A DNA stretch of 64,000 bases, taken from contig JAPMXV010000003.1 of NCBI GenBank assembly GCA_026936335.1, forward strand, positions 248,001 through 312,000, in the 5' to 3' direction. This document shows positions 21,265 through 33,755 of the stretch, in pieces. This DNA comes from Mantamonas sphyraenae STR306 (taxonomy: Eukaryota; Protista; CRuMs). The notes below the pieces were generated by a model. That model worked only from the letters and a program-made list of their open reading frames with translations, was not told the DNA's origin and ran no database searches. Both the position numbers and the translations under genes were made by a program. Every line of letters starts with the position of its first letter. The first letter of the stretch is position 1.

Positions 21265-22610
21265 ATGTCTTCCGCGGGCGGTGGACGACCTTGGGCTCGC
21301 CTGCAGGCCGAACCAGACTCGGTGGGGCCCCAAAGGAAGACCCCATCGGATGCAGAAAAGAGTGCGGGTCAGTACAACATTTGGTGGGGTTCGTACAGTG
21401 GAGAACGGAATGAACGGTACGTGGCGGAGAGCTGGTGGGTTGTGACACCAACAATCCAGCACCTCAACAGAAGAGAACAAACCACACCCGCTCACCTCAC
21501 TTTTTGACCACCACCGCATGCCCCGTGTACAGACAGCGTGCAACCACACGGTGTGTGCTTAAATTGGACGAGGGCCGTACGATGGCTGGGCCAGGAAGGC
21601 CGATCTGTTTGCAGTTTGCGCGGGGCAAGTGCAACCAGGGGCCAAACTGCACCTTCCGGCACGACAGGGTCACCGACGACGACGAGGCCAAACTCGACGC
21701 CTCTGTGGATGTGTTTGGAAGGCAAAGGACAGGGTGAGTGAGTGGTGACAGGAGGGGTCAGGCACAGGACGAGTGGGGAGTGGGGAGAGTCGGAAGGTGG
21801 GCGCTGACCAGGAACGCCGGTAGCACGTACAAGGGAGACATGGGCGGAGTGGGTAGCTTTGAGCGGGAAAACAAGACACTGTATGTGAATGGGTTCCAGG
21901 AAGTGGATGGGATGTCCGTGGAGGAACTGGTGGGCCAGCAGTTTGCAGAGTGGGGCGAGTTGGAGGAGCTGCGAGTGTTTCCCTCGCGTGGCTTTGCCTT
22001 TGTCACCTACCGACTGCGTGCGGCGGCAGAATTTGCCAAAGAGGCAATGATGAACCAGGACATGGGACATGGGGAGTGGTTGAATGTGCGCTGGGCCACA
22101 GAGGACACAAACGAGAAGGCGAAGAAGCGCAAACGAAGAGACATGGAACGGGACTTTGTGGAGGCGGTGCAACACCATCAAGCAGTGCAACAGGCTCAAA
22201 TCATGCAGGCATACTATGGGATGGATGGGGGTGGTGTGGGGTATGGGGCAGAGGAGGAGGAGGAGGAGGAGGAGGCGGTTCCTGCATCGAAACGTGGTCG
22301 GATAGAGGCAGATGAGGATGATCACGCACAGACACACACGTCATCCTCCAACACTGCACCTCCACCTGCTGCACCTCCCCTCCCACCCTCGCTCGTGTCG
22401 TCGTCCACCATGCACACTCAGGAGGAGGAAGAGGAGGAAGGGACAAACGGAGGGCCACCGAAACCCAAAGTGCGGTCATCGGTGCTCCTTGCGGCGCGGC
22501 AACAAGTTCAACAACAACACACAGAAAGCAGTGCAAAAGACACAGGAGCAGTGGCTTCATTGGCTGGATATGCATCGTCGGACGATGAAGATGAGGATGA
22601 AGAAGAATGA
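21265..22610 (+). CDS. CWC2: Pre-mRNA splicing factor Cwc2 (Torus/CCCH zinc finger + RRM); 3 exons
   Basis: RPWARLQ..QYNIWWGSYSG, TRCVLKLDEGRT, CLQFARGKCNQGPNCTFRH, DVFGR..DMGGVGSFERENKTLYV, AEFAKEAMMNQ..LNVRWATED. Confidence 0.9.
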
Positions 22611-22637
22611 ATTGGAAAACACCCAGCAGCAGCCGCG

Positions 22638-23882
22638 TCACTGGAAAAAGTCGCCATGGTGGTCCATGATCCACTCTGCAATGGCAAGGGAGGAGGTGGC
22701 TGCAGGCGATGGGGCGTTGCGCACGTGGAGGACGTCGTCTTCGCGATCGATGACGAAATCGTCGACCATGTTGCCGTCTGTGTCGAGGGCCATGGCACGC
22801 ACTCCCGAACGCCAGCCTGTGATCTGATCGGCGTCGACGTCGACATAGGCACGCACCTTGTCCAGGTATCGTTCGACAGAGAGGTCGGACAGGAACATGT
22901 CCACGCCGTAGCCAAGGTTGCGGGCCACGAGTTTGCGCACTCCCGGGTGGGTTGCCATGCCCCACACTTCTCCCACATCGACGTCGGACACACGGTATCC
23001 TTCACGGTGGGTGGCCAACACGGCGTTGGGGCCCAGGATGACACTGCCATCAAGCTGTTTGGTGACGTGGACGCCCAGAAACGGAAAACGGGGATCAGGA
23101 ACCGGGTAGATCATGCCCCGCACCAACGGGGCGTCGGTACGATGGAACGACCCACGTACAGGCACAATGCGTGGTTCCTTGGCCTGTGCCAATGTGTCCG
23201 AGTGCAACCCAGCACAAACGACAACACGTGCAGCCTCAATGCGCGCGTGGGCTCCCTGGGTGTGCACCACGACGGCAGAGGTATCGCTGCTGGCACCGTT
23301 GCCACCGTTCATCGCCTGTGGCTTCTGCCGCTGTTCGATGCGAGTGACCCGATGGCCACACAGCACACGTGAGTTTGGCGTGTGGCCCTCCACAAGCTGG
23401 CTGAGGGTCTGTGTCATGCCGTGCCACGAGGCAATGCCCGTGTTTGGCGAGTACACCGCACTGACGCCGTGTTGCAACGCTGGTTCGATCTGTTGCATGT
23501 CATTCAGACTGTCCATCCATTCCAATTCCACTCCGTTGTGTTGGCCACGTTCGTACAGCGCCCGCAGCCGCGTGTCTTCCTCTTTGTTCAGGGCGACCAC
23601 CAGCTTGCCGCACCGTTCGTGTGCCACCCCATGTTCCTCCAGAAACGTGTATGCCATGTCCGCACCCTTTACACACAGTTGTGCCTTGAGGGAACCCGGG
23701 GTGTAGTACAATCCACTGTGGATGACATTGGACGAGTGTGACGACTGGTGTTGTCCCACCTCCCCCTCCTTGTCCAGCAACACCACATCCATGCCCGTGG
23801 TGCGTTGGATCGCATGTGCCACAGCAGACCCAACAATCCCTGCCCCCACAACCACACAGTCTGTGCGCAACGCCACACTCAT
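22638..23882 (-). CDS. L2HGDH: L-2-hydroxyglutarate dehydrogenase (FAD-dependent, LhgO/L2HGDH family)
   Basis: VVVGAGIVG, HQSSHSSNVIHSGLYYTPGSLKAQLC, IYPVPDPRFPFLGVH, GVRAMALD..DDF, HVRNAPSPAATSSLAIA; intronless. Confidence 0.93.
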   Translation of the reverse strand: MSVALRTDCVVVGAGIVGSAVAHAIQRTTGMDVVLLDKEGEVGQHQSSHSSNVIHSGLYYTPGSLKAQLCVKGADMAYTFLEEHGVAHERCGKLVVALNKEEDTRLRALYERGQHNGVELEWMDSLNDMQQIEPALQHGVSAVYSPNTGIASWHGMTQTLSQLVEGHTPNSRVLCGHRVTRIEQRQKPQAMNGGNGASSDTSAVVVHTQGAHARIEAARVVVCAGLHSDTLAQAKEPRIVPVRGSFHRTDAPLVRGMIYPVPDPRFPFLGVHVTKQLDGSVILGPNAVLATHREGYRVSDVDVGEVWGMATHPGVRKLVARNLGYGVDMFLSDLSVERYLDKVRAYVDVDADQITGWRSGVRAMALDTDGNMVDDFVIDREDDVLHVRNAPSPAATSSLAIAEWIMDHHGDFFQ

Positions 23883-23997
23883 GGTGTGCAGTGTCTGCAA
23901 AAGTGTTGCGCTCCATCGCGCGGATTGTGCTCGTCATCTCTTTCTATGCTGTTCATTCTGCCCCCCACGCACACCATTGGAACCCACCTCTCTTGAC

Positions 23998-25349
23998 TTA
24001 GGCCACCGCTTTGGCGTTCAATTCGTCCCGTTCGCTCTTGCGCTCTGCTGTTTCGATGGTCTCTGTGCGATTGTACATCCACAAGCTGGTGCTGATGAGG
24101 GAGATGGATATGACTGTTTTCAGGGTGATTGCCTGGTCAAACATAAACGTGCTGGCAATGGCCGTGATCACCATCTCCATGCTCGACGCATACACCTTCC
24201 AGATGCTGCTCAGGTACTTGATGATCACCGACGTCACCACCCCGATGGCTGCCCCGTTCAGAATCACCAGAAAGGTCAGATTGGATCCCCACACATGTGC
24301 AATGACGCGTGACGTGTCGTCCAGGCTGCCCGTGAACACCACCAGGGCCAGGCCGTTGAAGACAATGGAGGCCCCGCACAAAAACACCATCTGCAAGGAG
24401 AGAGGCATGGTGCCTGCCGTTTTCTTCACCAGGAATTCGTTGTACACGCCTGCCAATGAGCTGAGAAAGGCTTCGGAGGCGACAATGGGCAAGAGATCGA
24501 GGTTTTTCAGCATGGTGCCCACGTCGGGATCCCACTCCTTGACAAAGCAGCCCACCATCAACACCATCAGCGCAATCCACTTGCTACGCCCCAACTGTCG
24601 ACCAAACGTGTACTGGTACAGCAGCGCCGTAAACAGCACTCGCATGTTCAGCAGCTCCTCAAACGCCCCGGCGTCGAGGTAGATGAGCGAGATGAAGATC
24701 CCGTTGTTGTACACGCAATAAATAAGTGCAGGGATGCCAAACAGCATTCCCTGCCGCATGTTTCGTCCCAACACACTCCATGCCTGCGATGGTGAATCTC
24801 TGTGTAACGTGTGTCGTTTTCCTGTGTCAGTCCTGCGCTCGCCGCCGTTTGACCCACGCGCTCGAAGCTACACATGGCGCTGTCGCCCGCCTTTGGGCTT
24901 GTGACAACAGCAAAGAGCCGTGTGTGACTCGCACTGCCGTTTCTACACGCATGCACACAGTCATTGGGAACACGTTGGTTTGCACCATGGACAACGTACG
25001 ACTCTGTAAAGAACTGCAGCAGGCAAAAACTAAACTTGAGGACTTCGGTGAGCAAGACCACAGCCGAGATTTCGTGCTGGTAGCCAGCCTGGCGATGCTG
25101 TGTGGTGCGGATGAACAACGCCTGTGCGCTTTCCATGACGCTGTAGCAGACAAGAAAGAGGAGCAAGCCATTGTGGCTAAACTCTGGCGACTGGCCCTGT
25201 TTGGCTGGCAACGGGGAACCGCGGTGGCCATCCGCCTCCTCCACCTCGTCCGTCTCTCCCACCGCCACACGCACCGCAGACACATTCGAGCTGTTCAAAA
25301 AGCGTGACCCATTGGCCTCGTCCTCGTCGCTGCTGTCCGAGTGATGCAT
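23998..25349 (-). CDS. Nucleotide-sugar transporter (SLC35A family); 2 exons
   Basis: VVLLTEVLK, IPALIYCVYNN, LLNMRVLFTAL, KWIALMVLMVG, SSLAGVYNEFLVK, IIKYLSSIWKVYA; about 10 TM helices; ~200-nt intron restores the frame. Confidence 0.88.
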
Positions 25350-25481
25350 CCGCTTTCCAGCTTGCTCCTGCCTCTGTGCGCAGTGCGAGGATTTGCCTTG
25401 CTCAGGGTGGCGATGCCCCGCCCATTGTTGGGCAGTGTGGATAATTGAGTGTATGGTTCACTTTGTGTGTGCAGTTCCCTG

Positions 25482-25483
<2 letters not shown>

Positions 25484-25512
<29 letters not shown>
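25484..25512 (+). repeat. (TG)n microsatellite, representative of many CA/TG tracts in introns and spacers
   Basis: Direct reading; similar tracts at ~9461-9480, 33626-33638, 34817-34835, 39867-39891 and 61441-61492. Confidence 0.85.
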
Positions 25513-25545
25513 GTGTGGATTTCGAGCAAACCATTCAATTGTACA

Positions 25546-27973
25546 TTACTCGCCCATGAATGGGATGACAACCATTTGTGCAGCCAAAGACAGCACGTAG
25601 ACACCGAGCATCCACATGATGAGTCGTTGGCGGACATAGATGCGTGTGCGGAGGTACAGGCCGGCGAGGGCAGTGAGGACGACAGCGCGGATGTTGGCCC
25701 AGAGAAACAGATCACCTGTGCTGCGTGCATACTGGCTGGTGATCTTGTCCAGGTCCTGTTTGATAAACACGGTGCGGTTGAACACCAGCAACTCGTCCAC
25801 CGTGCCAGTGAGGTACTCGTTGTCGTCCGTACGAGGCTTGCGTTCCACGCGCGGCTCCCGTGTGCCCACCCACAATCCCGTCACCAGCGGCGCCTCGGCC
25901 ACATCCATTTCCCATTCCAGCGTGGCCACGTGCTTCTTGTCCGTGCCCAGCACCAAGCTGCCGTGACGCGTCAGATGGTTGAACAACAGCCTGTGCCATC
26001 CCGATCCGCACAGATCCACCTGCTCCAGGTTGGTCTTGCCCCCCACGGGTGTCTTCATGTCTCCGGCGTTGTGTAGAGTCATTGTCCACGACGTCTCCCC
26101 GGTTTCCGTCACCACCGTGTGTGCCGTCAGCTGCGCACCGTTGGACAGCATCAACGTCCACAGCGACTGCGTTTTGCCCTTCTCGCATGCATACGAGTCC
26201 AAATGCACCCACAGCGACACTGCCAGTTCCCTCATGTAGAGGTTGCTGGGCATCGGAACAAACAGATCCGCCTTGCGTTCCGCCTTCAGAAGCAGGCCGG
26301 TCCCGTGGTACCCCTGCGTGGAATGAGAGAGTGTGAGTGTGTGTTGAGGGTTGGGTGCATGGATAAATCGCATCGGTTGCCATTGCCACTCACTCGCATT
26401 TGCAATCCGTTGTGGTTGTACCCGTGCAGTTTGGAACCCGAGTGCTCAACCAGACGCAGACCGTCGTCCACACGCATGTTCCAATACCCAACTGTGTGGT
26501 GTGCGGTATTGTGGTTCATGCAACAAGGGCATGTGATGTGTCAGCGTCACACAGCTCTGTCTCCCCACCCTTTCCCCCCCCCGTCTCTATCCATCGTTCT
26601 GTTCCAACAACTCACCCAAACCATGCGGGTTGTACTGGATGGGCAGATGCTTGCACGACGACACATCCAACTGCTCCTCAGGAACAAAGAAGCGACGCAC
26701 TTCGCAGTTGAACGAAGAGTCGACGTTGACGACGTGGCGTTCGGTGAGGTCGTTGAGGAAAAAGTCGATGGAGGCACTCTCCCACAAGTGGGTGGCGTAG
26801 TTGTTCTTGTAGTCGTAATCCTTGAGTAGAAAGGCCTTTTTGAGGCCCTCATTGTCCCACAGCGGCCAAAAGAAGCGATCGTGTGGCAGGATGGTGATGG
26901 ACGACGGATCTTCCTTGGCCATCTTGGCGGGCAGAATCACGCTGTGATAGTTCCACTGCTTGCCCGAGAACGATTTGTACTGTGCCAACCACCGCGTGGC
27001 AAACCTGGAATGGGGTTTCGACAGCATCACGGCGTTGCACAGGCCAATGCGTCCGTTCTCGCCCTCCTGGCCCATCACGAACGAGTTGCCCTGGAGCAAG
27101 TCGTCAAACGATTTCAGCGAGATCACATCCACGTCCTGCAATGGTTCATCCCAAGAAAAAACGCACACACGTAGGGTGTCAGCATGTGTTGTATGTTGTC
27201 TCACACCCGAGTGTGCATGTGTCACGCCCTGTGTCCTGGCCCCAGCGCCGGTGCAGCCTTTTCCGTTCCAAGACCCCGAGCTCGCGCGCGCATGGGCGAC
27301 GGCCACCGGAAAAAGCGGACCCTGGCTTTGGGGACTGTGGGTTGTGGGGAAACGTGCGCGCAGGGGGGCCACTTACCATGTAGATGCCACCGTAGGAGAT
27401 GAGGGCAGTGAGGCGAATGATGTCTGCCTTGTGGGCAAAGTGTTCGACGGGGTTGCAGTAGACCTGGGTGGGAAGGTCGACCTTGTTGAGCAGGAGCATG
27501 GGCTTGGCCTTGGCCCACCACTCACCCTGTGGTTCGTAGTGGTAATGCAGAATGATGCAATTGGGCTGGATGGTCTTTTGGGCAGACAGCACCGCCAGGT
27601 ACTGGATGATGGAGAAGTGTGTTTTGCGGTTCTCCTTGCTTGGCTTCTCCAGCCCAAAGATAAAGTGAACAATCTTGGGAATGGAGGTGCTACGTGAGCC
27701 ACCCTGCGCCTCAAAGCCCTCCTTGCCTCCACTGTACGACGGTGCCGATCCCATGCACTTGGCCAGCAGCTTGGGGTCCACTTGCATCTCCGGTCCCTGC
27801 TCACAGTTGGGTTCAGCCGCCGCCACATCCGCCCCCACCACTGCCACCACGCTGCTCATGCACACCGCCACAAGCGCCGTGCACGCAACCATGCCAATCA
27901 ACCATGCACATGATCGTTTTGCCAACATTGTCGTCCTCCTCGGCTTCGCCGTTGGCCCTTGCCGCGCACACAT
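25546..27973 (-). CDS. GT32 (DXD) glycosyltransferase with a C-terminal LamG/ConA-like domain and membrane anchors; 4 exons
   Basis: IPKIVHFIF, AHKADIIRLTALISYGGIYM|DVD, LCNAVMLS, WNYHSVILP, YATHLW; then VGYWNM..HSGSKLHG, WHRL, LTGTVDELLVFNR (LamG-like); N-terminal hydrophobic segment and two C-terminal hydrophobic helices. Confidence 0.82.
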
Positions 27974-27974
27974 G

Positions 27975-28011
27975 GATGATGGATGAGATGGATGAGATGG
28001 ATGAGATGGAT
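27975..28011 (+). repeat. Short tandem repeat (GGATGAGAT-type unit, ~4 copies) just upstream of the GT32 start
   Basis: Direct reading: ggatgat ggatgagat ggatgagat ggatgagat gga. Confidence 0.7.
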
Positions 28012-28140
28012 GGTGAAGTTCAATGGAAGGGTTCGCATGGACAAGGTCAAGGGGAAGGGGTTGCTGTGCTGGGTCCCACACATTCACTGTCCTTCCCCCT
28101 CCTCTCCTCTCCTCGGGCGTCGTCTGCTCCGCTCACCTCC

Positions 28141-31100
28141 TCACCTCGACACAATCTCCAACACAGACAGGAGTTCCTCCACATCCGAGGTGGGTGTGGT
28201 GCCCTGCATGAGCATCTGCAGGTCTGTCTTGAGCACACGCACCTTTTTGCTTGCATCACGCGCACCCATGGTGCCACCTCCCTGCGTGTCGACCACAGGT
28301 GCGTCGCTGAGGCGTTCAAACGAACTCTGCAGTGCCTCAGTCATGACTTGCAGGCGGTCGTGCATGTCATCCATCATCCCTGCGGGCAGATGGCTCTCCT
28401 TGCAATTGAGCACCACGGACACCAGGATGACCAGTGCCTCGTGGTAGTCGCTCAGATCAAAGTTGTTCTTGCGATCCGGCACCACTGCCTCATCCAACAG
28501 TGGCCCCAGCTGCTCCTTGCGCACTTCGGCCATCCACTGCCTGCAATGGGCCCCAAACTCACTGGCAGGCACCTTGGCTGCCAGTTGCGACGCCTGCTCA
28601 AAGAACTGCGCATACATGCGTCGTTGGACAAGCGAGTTGAGATACAATCGCCACACCGTCACACTGACAATCTCGCTGTGGTCGCGCACCACCTCTGCAA
28701 TCGATGCCATGGGCTTGGGACGCGACAGCAGCGACAACACTTCCCGCTTGAGACGCAGCTGCGACAACACAAACTTGCCGTTGGCCAGCTGCGACTCGGC
28801 CATCCCCTGCAACTTGACCAACTGTTGCGATTCCGCCTCGCTGTGGCCCTGGTAGATCGTGGGGTGCAACGCAGTGTGTGCCACGGGTACAAACTCGCTG
28901 AACCGCCCGTTGCGTTGGTACAACTCGGCCAGCTGGATCACCTGGCTGAGCCCCGTGAGGAAGTCGTAACACAGCAGCTGTTCCACCATCTGTTGCACCA
29001 CCCCAATGCCCAGAAACGCTGCATCCTGGTCCAGAATCATTCGGATGCTCTCTTGCATCTCCATGATCCCGGCCCCGTCTTCGCTCTCGATGCGAATCAC
29101 AAGTTGCAACTTCATGCGCATCATTTCCATCTGTTTCAACAGCTCGATGCTGATGCCCTCAATCGCCAGTTCCGGAATGTTGGGCGACACTCCGCTGCAC
29201 AGCGTGGTCAGATCCTCCACAAAATCGGCTTTCGTGAAGCCTGCCCCACCTGCCCCCGTCTTGCCTCCCGGACCATCACCCACCCCTGTTCCATCGCCAC
29301 CGTTCCCATGGCCGTTGCCATCACCCTCGTCATGACCCTCGTCGTCGTCGTCGTCGTCATCCTCGTCTGTGTCGTCGTCTTCGCCCATGAGGATGCCACT
29401 ATGACCCTGGCGCTGCTGTTTGCGGGCACGCTTCTGACTGCGCCTGAGACGAGCCTGCTCCTCGTCATGCTCGTCCTCTTCGACAATGGCAAGGAGTTCC
29501 TCGATGGAGAGGACGTAGGGGCTCTCGATGGGCATGCAGCTCTGGAGGATTTCCAGGGCCTGTTTGTTCTTCTTCTCCTCGTGCAGCTGGGAGGCAATCT
29601 CGATGGCGAGCTCAAAGGCACGCTTGAAGTTGCGCATGTGCAGCAACAGCTGCAACTTGCGCTCCTGTACAGTGTCGCCCTGAGAGGAGGGCTGTTGCAC
29701 GCTGAGGGGTTCCATGAAATGTTGGGCAAAGCCCAAGGAGACGAGTTCGCCCTTGGCACTCATGCCCACGGCCTGCAGGGGACTGAAGATGCTAAAGTCC
29801 ACCCCCACCACCGAGTCCACAAACAACACGTCCTGGTGCTGCTGCGTGGCCAGCAGGTAATGCGGGCCCAGCCGGGTGTTCCATATGTTCATGTTCCAGT
29901 CAAGGGAGCCTGTGGCAAGCATGTCACAGTGCAGCCTGGACCAGGCCACCGACGTGACACTGTTTGTGTGTCCAGCCATGGTCACCATGGCACTGCGCAC
30001 ACAGCGCACATCCCACACCTTTGCCACGCCGTCATCGCCACAGCTGGCAATCCAGTACGGCACCAGTGGGTTCCATGCAAGATCGCGAATGCTATCCGTG
30101 TGCGCCTCGGCAATCTTGATCACCGCCGGGGTGTCGGTGTCACCCAGGCATCGCGTGTCGAGTATTTTCAGGTTCTGTCGAACACCACCGATGACAAACT
30201 GGCTGGTGGTATGTGGGTTCCATGCACACGCATGCAGGGCAAAGCTGGACCCCTTTTCACTCAGCAGGGGTTCCTTTCCGTGTTCCATGTCCCACACGTG
30301 CAGGTTGTAGTTCTCCAAACACACAAAGGTGCCCGGTTGGCGTGGATTCACACGCACCCGATTGACACGCGACGAGTACATGGCCTTGCCCGGCGGCGGC
30401 GACGGGGCCACAAACTCACTGGTGTCCCCCAGCTCCCGCTGGAACTTGGGCAACACAAACGCATGCGCATACTGCAACTGTTCCAATTCCACGGTTTGGC
30501 CGTCGGCGAGGGCGTGTGGATGCAGCCGGTGTGCATACACGGTGCCGTTTTGCGAGGCACTCAGGAGCAGATCGTTGTGCCAGCTGAGATCATACACAGG
30601 CCCCGGATGCCTGTACTTGTGTTCTCCAGGTTGGATGTTCTCCAACTCTTCCGCCGTCGGCGTGTGTTGCTCATGGGCACTGCTCTCTCGATAGTCCGAA
30701 CTGGACAACGACGCCTGCCGCCGATGCCCTCTGCCCTTGCGGCCCCCACCACCGGCCCCCTTGGCAGACGCCGACGACGACGATCCGCTGCGTTGAGTGA
30801 CCCCGCTGGAATAGGGTGAGATGTATGACGAAGAAGACAGGCTGTTGGCAGACGACAACGGCGCCGACGACTCTCCCGCGCCGCCGCCGCCGCCGCCGGA
30901 GGGCACCGGCACTCCGCCACGGTGGCCCGTGCTGAATGCCATCATGCGAATGTAGTGGTTGGATCCACTGCTGCCGCCAATGCCCCCAACGCACACGCAG
31001 TCGTAGTCCTGATGTTTGCCGAATGCCGAGATTTCACTCAGGCTCAGGTCTTGCTCAAACTGCTTCACTCGCAGATGAGGAATCGGCGTCCTGCGCACAA

Positions 31101-31427
31101 GGAAAAACGGCGTCAGTACGCACGGAGGAACAAGGTGGTGGATTGGAAAGATGGTTGATAGCATGTGAAGTGGATGGATGGTGGGTATGGATGCGATGTG
31201 GTGGCGAGATGGGCGACCTACTTGCGACAACGCAGCTCCAGGGGATTGCGCCAGGCGCTGAGATCAAGGGAACTGCCCGTGTCTTCGCCCTGGACAGAGT
31301 CACTGTCCTCCAACAGAGGTGTGGTCATGTATCCTGCATTGATGTGTGTGGATGACGAGGCAGACGCATCCATGGTGTCTGTGTCTGCCTGGTCGATGCC
31401 ACTGTACGCTCGGGAGCGGAACGACAT
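28141..31427 (-). CDS. Large WD40-repeat protein with an alpha-helical C-terminal half; 2 exons; family not identified
   Basis: WD repeats AHTDSIRDLAWNPLVPYWIASCGDDGVAKVWD and GHTNSVTSVAWSRLHCDMLATGSLD; the GTAGGT..CAG intron joins a 5' exon starting MSFRSRAYSG. Confidence 0.8.
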
Positions 31428-31641
31428 GGGTGAGCGTTGGGTTGCGTGGCACTTCGCACATCATCTTCACCAAGAACAGACACCCTGAGCAGTCATACGA
31501 CTGTCCTACGATACATGGTACCACGGAGTGTCTCACACATGGATCACAGAGGTGTCCCGGTCGGTCGCAAAGACCTGCGCAACAAGGGGCAAGCAAGCGT
31601 GTGTGGACAACACCCGAAAAGGGACAGTGTTGAGGTGAAGC

Positions 31642-33579
31642 ATGAGCAGTAGTGCACGCATGGTGGCCAGTCCACCGGGATTGTTTGATCTGGACACAGT
31701 GGTGTTTGACCAGGCCAATGCATTCAAGAAAAACGAAGTGGTGTTGATTCCCAGCCGACAGGGTGGCTTCAGGTAAGGTGTGGTGAACGGGGCAGCACAA
31801 AGGGATGGCAGAAAGAGGGGGAGAGAAAGGGAGTATGGGGATGTCTGACATGGCATGGGATGAACATGAATGGTGTGGTGTTTGTGATGACGATGTGTGT
31901 CGACAGGTACGCTCGTGTGGGCGAACGGGTCACGCATCAACGCTGCTCGGTGTCACAGTACAAACACCCTTCAGAGGGATGGCAGGTGTACTACGTGGCA
32001 CCCAAGGGGGAGACGCAACGCACAATGGGTCCTTTGTCCACCAACGCCGTACACAAGGGCTACCATTTGAAACAAAAGGATTTGGTGAGTTTCCATTCCC
32101 GACAACACGTCGGGCTGTTTCCCCGCGGCCCGTGTACACGCAGATGCATCGCTCACACACAGATGCAAACACGCACACTCGACACAGCCGAGTGCATTGA
32201 TTGGGAAATTGCGCCCAGAGTGGGAGCTGGAGGCCTTTGAGAAACGACTGGGGCCGCTGTCAACGCGAGGGCGCGTGTCGCTTTCGTTGTCGTCGTCGGT
32301 GCGCACGGAAGAGGCCACTCCAGACGAGATTATGGTCAGTGAAATGCGCAGGAGGAACCCAAGGGAGGCGGAAGAGGGAAGCGAGGGTCAGGACAGGCAT
32401 GGGAAGCGTACACGGGAGGATTTGGAGGACGCAGACGCAGATGTGACGGTGTTGGTTGGGGATGGGGAGGGGGAGGGTGGGAAGGGTGATGACAAGGATG
32501 AGGATGGTTGGGTGGTTGATGCGGATGACAACGATGACCATGATGAGTCGTACCAACATGCACCTGCAAAACGACGCCGCACACGATCAGAAGCCAAGAT
32601 CCTGGGCAGTAGTGTGAGCAGGGAGGATCTGAGGGGTGAGTTGGGGGTGGAGGCGTTTTCTGGGTTTCCAGACAATCAGCAGGTGGGGGGTGCAGGGGGC
32701 AGTGGTGGCAGCAGTGGAAGCAGTCGGGGATCGGCGTTCAAGCCCAGGCGCAGGCGACGGGAGCGTCCCACGAGTGTAGGGCGGTTGAAGAGCAGCAGTG
32801 GGAGTGGAGGAAGTGGCAGCAGTGGCAGCAGTGGCAGCAGTGGGGGGGTGGGAAAGGCGGACGGTGGCAGCAGCTTTCAGTTTCTGAGCAAGAAATCATC
32901 AGGGTTCTTTGCAGAGGAAGAGCAGGGGGAGGAGGAAGATGAGGAGGAGGAGTCACAGCACAAAGAGGAGGCTGTAGAAGCCAGCTCTGGGTCGATAGGA
33001 GGGATGTCCATGGGATCGCAACGGGACATCTTTGCGTCGTTGTCGCAGGGTCACGAGGAGGAACGGAAGCTCCAAGAAGAGAAGGAGGAGGAGGAGGAGG
33101 AGGAAGAAGAAGAAGAAGAAGAGGAACGTCATGGCAGTGAGGAGAAGGATGACAAAGGGAAAGTGCAAAGGACATCGACGGTGACGTCGTCCATGAGCCC
33201 CAACGTGGCCGATTCGTTTCTGTCTGCTGGCTCTCTGTCGTCTGCCTACACGGGACCCCTGCGCCAAGTGACGACCATGGATTCGAGTGCATCGTCTCAA
33301 GAGCAGAGCGAGAGCCGTGATGGGGAGCAAGACAAGAAGGAGGAGCAGGAGGAGGAAGAGGAGGAGGAAGAGGAGCAACCCACCCCCACCACCGTCGATC
33401 ACCATCATCATCAGGGTGGTGTGGTGTTGGACAGTGTGGGATCCACCTTGACCCCTCCTGGTCTGCTGCGTCGTCATGACAGCAGCTTTTCATCCTCAAC
33501 GTCGTCGTCTGGAGTGCTCCCAGCCAAGGGCAAGACGCTTTCCTCGCTCAGCACGGTGTCTCAAGTGGAGGATGAATGA
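31642..33579 (+). CDS. Uncharacterised protein: small globular N-terminal domain plus a long acidic/Ser-rich disordered region; 3 exons
   Basis: Two GT-AG introns join FKKNEVVLIPSRQGGFR|YARVGE..GWQVYY..LKQKDL|PSALIGKL in frame with the 32197-33579 ORF. Confidence 0.65.
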
Positions 33580-33755
33580 AGTTCCTGTTGAATGTGTACA
33601 GCCACTTGTCAATCTGTTCATGGAAGTGTGTGTGTGTGTTTGCACGTGTGTGTGTACGTGTGTGTGCGCTGAGTGGCTGTCCACACAATCCTCAACGGCC
33701 ACAAAGCACCCGAGTTTGGAGGCCGCCCAACCGTGCCACGTGAGGCTGGCATGCA

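Noticed and set aside
27694-30819. Long antisense ORFs (1041 aa here; also 35565-38564, 12618-14735, 1630-3138, 52317-53768 and others)
   Set aside because: They mirror well-supported genes on the opposite strand, have no motifs and are expected shadows of GC-rich codon usage.
28141-31427. Assignment of the WD40 protein to WDR24 or MIOS (GATOR2)
   Set aside because: No C-terminal zinc-finger/RING region, which both have.
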